Source: Octopus sinensis
Taxonomy: Eukaryota
DNA length: 64,000 nucleotides
Assembly (NCBI RefSeq): GCF_006345805.1
Contig: NW_021833892.1
Span: 186,001 to 250,000 of the forward strand
Reading direction: 5' to 3'
The notes under the pieces are model-generated. The model ran no database searches. It saw only the letters and a program-made list of their open reading frames with translations, and had not been told where the DNA came from. Numbering within the stretch: position 1 is the stretch's first letter; every line of letters starts with the position of its first letter. Position numbers and translations under genes: made by a program. Shown piece by piece: positions 36,643-48,846 of the stretch.

Positions 36643-38830
36643 ATGGAAAAAACTGCAGATTCGAATATGTATCATCAAACTATTGCACACGGAATGTTTG
36701 TCGTAAGTTTAATACTAACTTTATCTCCTACTTAGATCCCTAATCAAAAACACGCCCTAATTTCTTCTTCGCTGATAAAAGCACTCAATCTAAGAAGAAA
36801 ATACATCACATTGTCTTCTCAAAAGTACAGTTTTGCCACAGAAAATTTCCTTTGCAAAAATAATTACATTGACCAAATCTATGAGCAGCGGGTTGAAAAT
36901 AATACACGAATACTGCCGCTAAGTACAGATTTTCATTAAATTGTAAGATACTTCAGATCTTCATTTAAAAATGAAAAATGGGATTATCGGTATCTTCGAC
37001 AAAAACTCGAAGAATATTTTTGACTTTATTTCGTACAAGGAATTTGTATCTGATCTCGAATACATTCAGTCTCTCGTCGAAAACGGAACACTGTATCAAA
37101 TAAATTAGAAATTTGTTTTTCAGTAAAACCTACTGTCACAAACGATTTCAGTATCTCCAATCCAAGTACTCACTTCACGTCTTGATGAACGATTCTATCG
37201 AATCTCTAGAAAGCAAGGGTACTAGTCACAGAGACCTCTACAACATCAGAAAGGCTTATATATGTTTATTATTTCATTATTCAGGTGGACACCCATATAC
37301 ACTGTGCGTCTGCTATGAATCAAAAACATTTACTTAACTTTATAAAGAGGAAAATTACCTCGTGTCCTGATATGAAAGTATATCTCGATTCGAATGGGAA
37401 AGTTTCTACTCTCCAAGATATCTTTGACGAACTCAACCTGACTGCTTATGATTTAAACATCGACCTTCTTGACATGCGAGCCGTAGTCTGCTATATTCAG
37501 TTTTAGGATAAAACTTTTCATCGTTTTGATAAATTTTCAAAAAAATATAATCCAATAGGGAAGAGCAAACTGCGTGAAATATTCTTAAAATATAACAACT
37601 ACAACAAAGGAAAATTATTTGCTGACCTGATTAAAGTATGTTTTGGTAATTTTTATTAAAAACACAGGAGGTTATATGTTACTTGGAGGAAGAAAAATAC
37701 CAATTGGCGGAATTTCGTCTTTCTATTTACGGAAAATCATATGACGAGTGGGATATTTTGGCAAGGTGGTTCCTTCATAATAAAATGGAGTCCAAAAATG
37801 TACGCTGGATGATCCAAATTCCAAGAATATAGTTTTTAAAATTTTAATTTTTTCTAGCGACGCTCTCCGGTCTTCGAACATTCTGGATAACTTTGGTCAA
37901 ATGATTAATAATATTTTTATGCCGCTGTTTGAAGTCACTTTAAATCCTGACAGTCATCCAGAACTACACCAGGTCATTCATTTGGTGAATTTCAAATCAT
38001 TTTATATAATTTGTAGATCAGTGGATTTGACTCTGTAGACGACGAAGCCAAAACTGTTTTTGACTTTTTGGCCAATTCTACAGTAACTCCAGAGGAGTAT
38101 AATTCCTTTAAAAATCCAGCATATATGTACTACCTCTTCTTTATGTACTCCAATATTTCTACTCTCAATTCTCTTCGAAAAAATTTAAATCTTTCAACTT
38201 TTAACTTTCGGCCACATTGTGGTGAATCTGGAAACCCTTTGAACCTTTGCACAAGTTTTTTATTAGCCGAAAATATTTCTCATGGCCTTTTATTAAACAA
38301 GGTTTTCCGCTATAATATGTTGATAGGTCCCTGTTGTTAAATATCTTTTTTATTTGTCACAGATTGGGATAGCAATGTCCCCAATGAGCAACAATGCTTT
38401 AGTCAAAAAATATAGCAATCATCCATTCAGAAAGTTTTTTGACGAGGGAATGTGTGTCTCACTATCTACAGATGATCCACTCATGCTTCATCTTACTAAG
38501 GTAGGTCTCAAAATGTACATTATTCAAGGATTCTCTCATGGAAGAATACAGTGTAGCCTCTCAAGTGTGGAAACTGAGTCTTGTTGATTTGTGCGAAATA
38601 GCTCTTAATAGCATTATATATTGTGGTTTTTCGGATCAGGTATCTGTAGTTGTAGAATCTGTTAGCTCAAACGTGAGTGGGGAGTAACGGTTTGCTCAGA
38701 TGGGACAATCAATAGTAAAATTGAATTGACAAGCGTACCTACTACTCGTATACACTACAGACATTCTTGTCTAAAGGACGAATTAGACATATTAAATATT
38801 CAGTCAGATAAGTCAAATAATCTAGACTAA
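36643..38830 (+). CDS. AMPD: AMP deaminase, multi-exon
   Basis: HRDLYNIRK|[68 protein letters not shown]. Start codon uncertain. Confidence 0.92.
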
Positions 38831-39139
38831 TCATTTTTAACTTACTAATCTTAATAATAAAATAATTTGTTGTCTATGTGTGGACAACAACCTAAAATTA
38901 GTAAAACACAGTTAATTGTGAAAATCCTTTTCCCTTATAATTAGTCAATAATGGGGCAAGTCAAAAATGATAAAGTCCTCCAAGAATCTTCCAACTAAAA
39001 ATCTAACATATCAAGAATATCCTCGATGATGTCCTTAAAACTTTTCCGCCAAGAAAATTTAAAGAATATTTTCTGCATTTTGGTTAAAATGAACACCAAC
39101 TATGTCCTCAATTCACATGATGAGGTCCTTAAACATGTC

Positions 39140-39420
39140 TTTTTGCGTCTGCGACTGAAGCAGGCACAGCGGCAACGAAACAGGAGATTCACAAAACAAA
39201 TAAATACGGATCTTTATTGGAAAGATTCTTCTTTGAACCTGTGTCTGTGGAAACTTCAGGCACACTAGCAGCATCGACACTACGTTTCCTCACCGAGAGA
39301 GACCGCCATCTCGGAAAAACTGTAAACAACCTCCGCGAGCTCAATCGGCTTTTTGAGCGTGTCTCAATAAGTGCTTTTAGAGGAACTCTTTCTCAATTCT
39401 CTCTACGGCTAGTAGATGAT
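39140..39420 (+). mobile_element. CRE-clade 3' fragment
   Basis: KTNKYGSLLERFFFEPVSVETSG...LFERVSISAFRG. Confidence 0.75.
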
Positions 39421-39649
39421 TGTTTTTGGTTTCTTGTTTTGCTGATTAAAAAAGTTATTTCAATTAATCCAATTTAACATTATCGACCAGTGATTGAGAT
39501 GTAATTAGTTAAAAAATCATAGAATAGAATGTTGTTTATTGATCAGAGAAAAACAGAAACCGAAAAAAAACAAGGAAAGATTGCTAACGAGGAGATTAAA
39601 CGAAACATCATAGTGTCTCTTTAATCCGTATTCCCACTTATTGTCGATG

Positions 39650-40480
39650 TCGACAACCTTTCTCCAAGACCATCCAGATCGTGGGCACAGAAGATTCTTA
39701 CGAGCTTTCTAGCCTTGCGTCAACTTGTACTCCATAAGCCAGATTCAATGCGAAACGTCTTGTTTTTTCCAACTGTTCGACAAGGTAGCCACTCTTCCAT
39801 GGTATATTAATAGACGTGTAGCCTTCAAATTTCACTTTCATTGCTTCCTTCAGCTTACTCTCATTAATGTCAGACTTCGCTGAGGATAGGAGGAGCCTCA
39901 GCTCCGGTGCCCGTTTCGCAAGCGAGCGGGCATTCGTGATCGTTAGTACGATCAATCCTTTCGCCGTCGGTGACTGACCTCCCGAGGAAGCGCCGCCACC
40001 TTGGCTAAAGGAGGCGTATCAATGGTTGCCTTTCCAGACATTTCGAGGGTTTGCCCCTCTATCAAGTCCAGAGTTTCACTTGACTTTGGCTTCCTTTTGG
40101 TCGTTCTTGTTGCGGCGCCCATTTTCACATTGCTCACTTTCTGTGGAATACAGATCAGATCTGTTTGCATGCCAAATTCGACAGTCATCGGCAATCCACT
40201 GAACTCAGCGTTCGTCTGTACACCAACATCAGAGACATTCGGAACAGTTCGTTTCTTAAAAAATCATAAATCTCTGTAAATGGCAGGGGGTTTATCTCCC
40301 TTCGTCGTTTCAAGTGTTTCCGGAGAATGATGAGCATTACATAAACGCAGAAGAGAAAGGCACATCAAGCCAGAAGAATACCTAAGGAAACCAGTTTGCT
40401 CGGTCAGAAACTGTGTTGGCTCAAAAATCCAACACATAGAAAAGCTGAAGACCTTCCTTGGGGTTGTCTGGATTACCTAA
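39650..40480 (-). mobile_element. LINE relic (ORF1 tail and APE N-terminus)
   Basis: IVLTITNARSLAKRAPELRLLLSSAKSDI..ESKL...FEGY. Confidence 0.6.
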
Positions 40481-40494
40481 TTATTTTTTTTAAT

Positions 40495-41975
40495 TAACTT
40501 TGGGCCCATTATTATTTGCCCTTTCCGTGGATTTTATTGCCCGTAAGAATTTGTCGCCTCTGAATATTTGGTATTTGGATGATTGTACTATTGGTGGTCC
40601 GCCCGATATTTTGATAAAGGACTTGGAATCTCTAATCCCAGCTTTGTCATCCATTGGTCTCGAAATTAATTCTCTCAAATTTGAAATCGTAAATGTTAAC
40701 ATCGATCGTGTTAGTTTTCAAAACATTTTTTCTCAGTTTCGAGGCCTTTTGCCCGATCTGAGACATACTTCCACTGCTGATCTCGAAATCTTGGGTGCTC
40801 CGATCTACGACCAATCCGCCATCCGTATTCTTAATACCAAGAGGAATGCCCTTTCTTCCCTTTGTGATAAACTTGCAGATATTGATCCCCACCCTGCTTA
40901 TTTCATTCTCAAAAATTATCTTCTGATCCCGAAAATCAATTATGTCCTAAGGAGTTCCCGCTGCTTTTCTATTCATATTGCCTTGGATTCTTTCGACGCT
41001 CTGGTGCGTTCTTCCGCTGAGAAGATTTTTAATGTCAAGTTTGATGACGTTGGTTGGTGTCAGGCCAAACTTCCTGTATCCTTTGGCGGTCTGGGGCTTC
41101 GCTCCGCGCTCGACCTTTCTCTTCCCGCTTTCCTTTCATCTTCTTCAGGATTGTATCTTCTTGTCCACAAGATTCTTGTAAAATCACCCGAATCAACTTT
41201 GGACTCTGATATCAATTCTGCACTTTTACTTTGGAAGGAAAAGGATTTCGTCTTACCGTCGGAACGATCTCTCCAACGTGAATGGGACAAAATTATTTGT
41301 GAATATTACGTTGACTCGTTGGAGCGTCTCTCGGACCAGCACAGACTAGCTTGCTTCCGTGCCAGTCGCCAACCGTATTCTGGCTCCTGGCTTAACTGCT
41401 TTCCCACGACCCATTTGGATACCGGTGTGGATCAACGATGGACACATACGGGCTCCATGCCCTTTCCTGCAAGAAAAGCGCAGGTCGCATACCTCGTCAT
41501 TCGGCTCTTAACAAGATCATTCTCCAAGCCCTCGAAAAGGCAGGGTATCCTTCTGTCCTTGAGCCCATTGGTCTTGACCGTGGTGATGGAAAAAGGCCTG
41601 ATGGCTCGACGTTGTTCGCTTTCGACACTGGTAAACCACTAGCTTGGGATGCCACGTGTGTTGATTCCTTCTCTAAGTCTGCCATCAACGAATCCGCCTC
41701 TTTGCCCGGGTCCCGTGCTAATAGGGCTGAATATACAAAATCCGAAAAATACCAGGGCTTGTTAGACGGCTTTTGGTTTTGGCCAATTGTTGTTGAGACT
41801 TCGTGCGTCTTTGGCACAAAGACAGTTGATCATCTGAAGAAACTTGGCCACCTCTGTTCATTACGCTCCAAGGATCCTAGGGAATTTACATTCCTAATCC
41901 AAAGGATCCTGTTGGCCTTTGTGCGTGGGAACAGCTGTTCCATCCGGCTTGCTGGCCGATTAATTTCTGATTAAT
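40495..41975 (+). mobile_element. CRE-clade non-LTR retrotransposon, 5'-truncated, largely open
   Basis: 380-aa ORF LGPLLFAL...WYLDD and 178-aa ORF HALSC...GDGKRPDG...WDATCVD...VETS. Confidence 0.92.
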
Positions 41976-42234
41976 TTAACTTTCCGTCCAAAAAAAAAAT
42001 TGATATTCACTGTTGGCGATTTTGGATTAAATAAAAAACGACCTTGGACAGAGTGTGCAATTAACAGATTTTGAAGAATACTTTAACTGTTATAATTCGC
42101 ACAATCATTAACACAATTGACCACCAATTGACAGCGCAATTAGAAGAATTTTCGTAGAAATATAAACTATCTATTTAAGTTTTTCGTAAACATACAATTT
42201 ATTTTCAAGCAAATATTCGGTTGAATTTTCAAAT

Positions 42235-42668
42235 TCCTTAGACTTCTCTGAAATGCCGAATCATCTTTTAAAGTTAAAGATGGGCGTTCTAGTGATTTTA
42301 TTAAGAAAACTTGCGCGACCTCAATTATGCAACGGAACGAGGTTAGTTATAAAAATTTGATTGTTAACTTAATAGAAGCGACGATATTAACAGGTAAGTA
42401 TAGATGTGAGGATATTTATATCCCAAGAATTCCTATTATTTCTGATGAATTACCGTTTAAATTTAAAAGACTGCAATTTCCGTTAAAAATAAGTTTCGCG
42501 ATGACAATAAACAAGGCCCAGGTACAGTCATTAAAGGTGATCGGCTTAATTTTAGAGAGCGAATTCTTTTCACATGGACAGCTGTATGCGGGATGCTCAA
42601 GGGTAGGACAAGAGAAAATTTATACATATATGTCCAGGAAGGGCGGACTAAAACGGAAACCATATTAA
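42235..42668 (+). pseudogene. Helitron PIF1-like helicase C-terminal remnant
   Basis: PNHLLKLKMG, LCNGTRL, IPRIP...FKRLQFPLKISFAMTINKAQ.QSL, FSHGQLYAGCSRVG. Confidence 0.88.
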
Positions 42669-42740
42669 GACGAAATATTCTAATATGCATTTTTCACTGG
42701 GCAATCAAACTTATTTCCTAAAAAACGTAGTAAAATAGTA

Positions 42741-43230
42741 CAGTAAACTCTTTTAAATCCGCCATTTTTGATTCCTGACCGAAACGTGGCAGAATCAAAA
42801 GGGTTTTGTCGATTTTTTAAATTATTTTCTAATTAACATATGAAAATTTTTTTTATCTAAAAAGTCAGCCATTTTAGTTTTTAATTTATATTTTCTCTGT
42901 TTCTGACCAATATTTTCCAACGTGTTTAAAGCTTCCATGTCTATTACATTATGTTTAAAATACTTTAATAACGTTTCCAATGAGCGAAAAGAATCTAAAA
43001 TATTCACAATTTCATTTTTGGCGGTCTCAATTACATTTTCATCAATAGCCTTATCACGAGAAACTTTTTCGAGATTCTCAGATGTATCTCTTGAAGCATT
43101 TCGATTAATTCTTCATTTTTACTGTTGTCGTATTCAATAAAATTCTCCTCAGTCAATTGGTGGTTTATTTGTAATCTCTGTATAAGAGCATCAAATTTTA
43201 TGTAATTCGAATTCTTATTTGTAATCTACA
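42741..43230 (-). mobile_element. Tigger/pogo 3' terminal fragment
   Basis: TA|CAGTAAACTC terminus; minus ORF resembles a pogo C-terminal tail. Confidence 0.55.
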
Positions 43231-43254
43231 GGCCCTAAAACTCCACCACCGCGC

Positions 43255-43345
43255 CCTCGTATAAATTGTGTCGGGACTAAGGAGGAGCACCGAGCAAAGA
43301 TGAGGACCCTCCTCAGAGAAGCCGGGATCACCTGATTAATTAGTT
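43255..43345 (+). mobile_element. Short LINE 3' fragment related to 5761-6165
   Basis: EEHRAKMRTLLREAGIT* versus SEHREKMARLLRSVGIT*. Confidence 0.6.
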
Positions 43346-43801
43346 CTATTTTTTGGACGGTGATCCTGGTTTTAATAATAGTAAATTCGTTTTTGGAGAC
43401 GCTGTGAAAATTCTTGAAATTCTGGTGTCAGGCAGATTCGGATTATTATTGATGAATGTAAAAATTCGGATCTTTTCATTAATGGATAAGCTGGTGAAAC
43501 TTCGAGCCATAAAACAGAAAAAATAAAATCACACCAAAAAATTAAAAATAAATACAATTCAAACGACAAAAAATTAATTTTTTGTCAATAATGGGTGGAT
43601 TCGATAATTTGTATTTTTATTTCAAAAATAAGGGATTCTAAAGAGTTTATCTAAGAACTACTTATCCAATAGAACATTTGAGTAATTTCACTTTGTCCTG
43701 ATTTATTAAACTATGGCAATACATCCAGCTAATTTTACATAACTTGTTTCTATCAGAATAAAAGAATAAAATTAACCAAGAAATTAATTAAAACAAGTGA
43801 A

Positions 43802-45464
43802 CTAAAAAGATTTCGGAATATTTCCAATCCTGACAGAATTATTGTCATAAACAGAAGATGGTTTCAACCGTGTCTTCAGAGCAATCGCCTCTGGAAACAA
43901 AGTGTGATAACTCACAATAGGAATAAAATGCGCCTCAATTGAACGACCTACAATTGCAAACACATCCAACCTCCATAGAACCTTCCATGAAGTGCCTTAA
44001 CAACGAAGAAGCAATACTGACCGACGGGCACTTTAGATAAACATTTCCCTTTTCCAACTCAATAAACATATGAATGCAGCCCCCGAACTTGTCACATTCC
44101 TCAATAATGTCATCTCTCACGTCATCTGCCCAATTCGGCTGTGTCTCCCTATTACCTAATAAGACATTCGTAACTTGGAATAGTCAAATACTCCGGCAAG
44201 CATTAGACAAGGAGTATCAGGAGTAGCCGACGATGACTGATTTTTCATTCTCAGCACATTTTTGGCCCCCTCAGGCAAAGTCATTCCAGTTCCTTTAAAA
44301 AATTATAAAATATCAAACCTTCAGCTAATTTATTCATTAGTTGAAGCTTCCCTACTGCTCCCAACTCCACTCCTCCACGGTCTGACTGGTCGAGGTCAAG
44401 TCGATTATCATTAGTCTCGTTGACAAAACTCATTCTCAATTTAACTCCAGCCAAATCATATCCATTCAACTGGTCAAATGCTCTTCTCCCATCTTCCCCA
44501 TTCGCAAACTAAAAATGACCAATCAAACCAACCGTAACATATCCGTATCCCAACGATTTGCCCGTATAGTGATCCTTTACTATTTTCAAGTCATTTACAC
44601 GTCCATATTTGCAAAAAACAGTATCCAACATTTCTTCTGTCACACTGGGGTGGATTGAGGACATGTAAAGCTTCATTGGGCCCACATTAAAATGAGTGAA
44701 CGTAGTTACGCCCAAGTTGGATGCTATTCGATTCTTCTCGGCCTGGGAATATTGTACAACAACAGGACGGCCACACAAACGCTGCCCCGCCATTTTAACA
44801 GCGTTATCAGCGCCCTCAATAGACTTGAACTCAACATAAGCAACTCCTTTAGACCTTCTTGTCTTGCTATCCGTAATCAACCGAACGTCACGAACCTAAA
44901 ATGATTTTTTAATCAAAAAATACTTTTCCAGCTTCAAAAAAGAAATCCTCAATGTCTCTTTCCCTTACACGAGGTCCTAACTGCATACAAAATACTGTCC
45001 GACAATCTCGTTCCTCAGGAGTGGGTTCCGGAGATGGAGTCCGTCTAAATTCTCAAAAATATGAACCAACTTTTTACGAGATGATTTTTTTGAAGAATGT
45101 CTACGTTCGCGGGAACGATGCCTTCTACGATGTCGATCAGAACGTTTATCTGAACCATCTGACTTTCGAGGAGATTTATCTCGGGATTTCGTTGGAGGTG
45201 GCTCTCTGTGTGTTAGTAATATATCCGTATACATAATCTCCTCTTCTTGTTTGCCGCCCTAAAATAGGTTATTTTAGATAATAAAATAGTTTTCTTCAAG
45301 CCACTACAATATATTTATCAATAACGATGATTTACCATACAAGAACAAGTTGAGAGAGTTCTAGGATATTTGTATGTTGTATTTAAAATAGTTAAATGTA
45401 TTTATATTTTTACCATTCTGTATGAGTCTTCAAGCATTGCATCAACATCAAAGTCGTCATCCAT
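43802..45464 (-). CDS. RBM39: RNA-binding protein 39 (CAPER), RS domain, 2 RRMs and UHM
   Basis: MDDDFDVDAMLEDSYRM; RS-rich segment; VRDVRLITDSKTRRSKGVAYVEF; GPMKLY; MNGYDLAG; UHM GNVYLKCPS...ALHGRFYGG (1-nt frameshift at ~43999). RBM23 not fully excluded. Confidence 0.92.
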
Positions 45465-45544
45465 ATTCAACAATATGTACCACAAGGAATTGTATAGCGT
45501 TATTATTAAAAATATAATTTAAAATTAATACAAATACTAATTTT

Positions 45545-45975
45545 TTAAAACGTTATAAAAAGTGTTAAAAGATTAATCGAAGGGAGGGCCAAATTGTTCC
45601 CCCGGATAACGGCGATCGAGAACCGCTGGAGAAGCGAGTCCACCTCCCGAGGATCGTGAGTTCGCATGGAGATTTTTTCCCCGAGCTTTAGGAGGAATTT
45701 TTCCGTCTTTGGACCAAGAGCACCCGACGTCTTCACCGCTATCGGCATCACGAAAAACTCATTCGAAAGGGCAGAATATTTGAATAGTTTTAAATTTTCA
45801 GCCTTCTTAGCAACAGATTTAGCCTCCAGAGCACACGAAGTTGGATGTGAAGCAGAAAATGTATCCCAGTAGGTTGCGTCCCATACGAGGCTTTTTCGGC
45901 CCTCAAAAGGGAAAAGGGTCATCCCGTAAGGACGTTTCCCGTCACTGCGGTCAAGACCCGGTGGTTCGAAAACCG
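45545..45975 (-). mobile_element. CRE-clade 3' fragment (RLE)
   Basis: GLDRSDGKRPYGMTLFPF..LVWDATYWDTF...SIAVIRGN. Confidence 0.85.
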
Positions 45976-46224
45976 ATTTAAAATTAATTGATTTATCAAA
46001 AATAAAATTTACAATTTCTTAGTTTAATATGGTTAAAATAATAAATAAACTTTCATTGAATACATATCGAATAATATTTTGAATGTCCAAGTTCTATAAG
46101 TCCTGCATGAAAATGTAGAATATAGATGTCTCGAATAAAGCCTACATTTAATCAGTTATAATCAAGAAAACTTTTTAGGGCAGATCGCCGAAGACAGACA
46201 TGCCACAAAAGTTGACAACCCTAA

Positions 46225-48545
46225 TTTGCAAATAAGACGAATATTAGATGGAAGAGAAGAACTGGGAGTGTGAGTTGACCTTCCAGGGAAGTCAGCTTTC
46301 TTACTAAAATAAGATAAAAAGATATGTCTGGACGTGACCGGACAACAGTTTGACGATCCGTCAGGCCTGTGGCCCTCTCTTCGACTAAAAGAATAATTAA
46401 CACTTTGTCATTTATCTTAATTTTTATTCTGCACAATGTGATGTTTATAAACCTCAAAGAACATCGTTCTTACTATTACAGAAGGAACTGAGTGCAGGGG
46501 AGGACTGGGTTAAATCCGCTCTTTCCCATCTGTTAGGAAGAGCTTCCAGGAATGGGTGGCCTACCCTGCATTAGTGCTTCAATCGACGCTTTAGCTCGAA
46601 CCTATCGTTGAATGTACTGAAGAAGCTAGGCAAAACCCCTCCTCCTGGCTTGCGGGGGAGGACTGGTGCTGTGGTTACGCCGTCAGAATGCCCTTTCGTG
46701 TTCTGAACAGCACGAGCACCAGAGTTGCGAGTTATCGCTACTCTTGCAGGTTAAAGAGATATTTAGTAGGCATATTCCTGCGAATCGTGTTGTCTCCCTT
46801 GCGGACCGCAGAGTGACCTGAAAGATACTTCGGTGGCAACTCAGGAGTGATGTTATGAGTTGCATCAATCGTACATATTTTACACGATCGTGCGTAAGGC
46901 TTTTACACAATCCGCAAGAAAGGCCGAGCTGGAAGCGCTGACTGGGCACATTTATAATGTGAGCAATGGGGTCAAGGGCAATACTCTCACCTTGGTGCGT
47001 ATAGTACTTTGTCGGAAACGAGCTGTGAAATGGGAACTCGACGAGTTGAGGCACTTCAGAGAGTGAGGGGCTGATTCTTGTTTATCAGAAGAAGCTCTCA
47101 ATTCATGAGTCTCGGTGTCAGCGCATGGAAGAGAACAACCTGTTTGAGTTTAATCACAGGCTGTTATATTGGCGACTGGACGGATAGACGAGGGAGGGTA
47201 CTCAGCAAAAGACGGAAACTCACCAGTGTTGATGTGGGTGAATGTGAAGAAAGCATATGACTCGGATGACCATGCCTATTTCGTTGAGTGTCTGCGAAGA
47301 CTCAAGTTGCCTTCCTGGTTTATCAAATTTGTTGCAACTGTGATAGACAGGTGGAACGTGCATCTGCACTACAACAAATGCGATATAGGCGAGGATATAA
47401 ACTAGAGAGGGGAATACTACAGGGCGAAAGTACGTCTCCGCTGCTGTTTTTCTTCTGCCTAGATCCGCTGAGTAGAGTCCTCACTTCTCAATTCGAACAA
47501 ATGTTGATCGAATATGATAGAAGGTGTTTTAGCACCAACCATCTCATGTTTATAGACGACATTAAACTGTTCGCTCGGTCTTCGGAGATCCTCCACTTGA
47601 TGGGCAAAGCCTTAGAAGGGTCTGGAGTTCAACTACAACAAGTCGGCAACTAACACTCCTGTATGTGTTGACCTAGTCAACGTCTTGGGAGGGCAGCAAC
47701 AGTATAAGTATTTTGGCGTGGTTGAGAGGCCAGCCTTATTAATCACCCCTTAAACAAGAAAGTGTGTAGTAGAGGATGTGCTTAGTAGGGCAGCAATGTT
47801 ATGCAAAACTCGCTTCAGTGCAGGGAATTTATTTCATGCCTTGAACGAGTACGCGATTTTATTGCTAAATTACTACATTGGCCTGATCGAATTTAAGCCA
47901 AAGAGTACTCCGAGAGAATCACGTCCACATGTTGGCAATCAATAATGAAAGATTATACTTGTCTCGCGAGCAGCTAGGACGTGAACTGAGTAACATTGTA
48001 CACTTAAGTGGGCGAATTCTTACTAATTTAACGACACCTTTTGGAGTGGATCGAGTGTATCCTAAAGGAAGGCTGCCATCCTTGTACACATTTTGGAACT
48101 ATAAAAGTATGGTCTGGATGCTACTCAAGTTAATATGAAGGAGTTGATCAAACTTAAAAGGGAATTGCTAATAAAAAAATATCAACTTAAAGTCCTTTAC
48201 AAGACTCTCTTTAGTAGCCTGGAAAATCCACACATTGACGTATCGTTGTCATCAACGTGGCTGAAATACTGGAATGACCGTTGACCATTTAGCCACAAAG
48301 TGCGGGAGTATAGTTTACCATGATTACACATGGAGGCATAACGAGGTGGTGAGGTCCCTCTATCTTCTGCTCTGCAATAAGCATGGCTTGAGGCGGTCCA
48401 GAAAGTTGCGAACCCATCGAATTCAATCGGTGTGTGAGAACTTGCGGGTGTGCATTAAGGTGGATACCCCCATACGCACCTCGATTGTTGTCCAGCACAC
48501 CAAACCCGATATTGTGGTGTACAATAAAGTTGTCGAAAAGAAGAA
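46225..48545 (+). mobile_element. R4/Dong-clade non-LTR retrotransposon, internally deleted
   Basis: NVKKAYDSDDH, GILQGESTSPLLF, NHLMFIDDIKLF, TVDHLATKC...RHNEVV, KPDIVV (RLE). Confidence 0.9.
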
Positions 48546-48846
48546 AGTAGTGAACTTTCATGTTCTTTTAACTACAAAAAATCTAAAAATGGAAAGTTTG
48601 AAAGAACATCGACTACAATAAATGATCAAATTGAAATTTTGAACAAGTTCGTAGATAGAAGATGACAATCCCGAATTTATTATCAAACCTTTGATGAAAA
48701 TCATTTGACAAAAAGCTAAATCCTACTATGCATAATTTCTTCCCTAGTTGGATTATCTCTACATTTTAATGTAAAAATCCTGACATATTAATTTATAAAA
48801 AAATTGATTAATTAATTTTAATTTTGTCAATATATTTTTTGTACGC

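Larger units (their letters stand above)
38849..42740 (+). mobile_element. Helitron copy 2, degenerate, with helicase remnant and nested retroelements
   Basis: A|TCTTAATAATAAAAT 5' end; degenerate 94-bp units at ~39000-39135; 101-bp unit at ~42039-42131; PIF1 C-terminus at 42235-42668. 3' end not found (a Tigger starts at 42741). Confidence 0.7.

Noticed and set aside
25890-38830. Functional nucleotide-metabolism cluster (CTPS-like plus AMPD)
   Set aside because: The two genes are on opposite strands and separated by ~9 kb of transposons. Proximity alone is not evidence of co-regulation.
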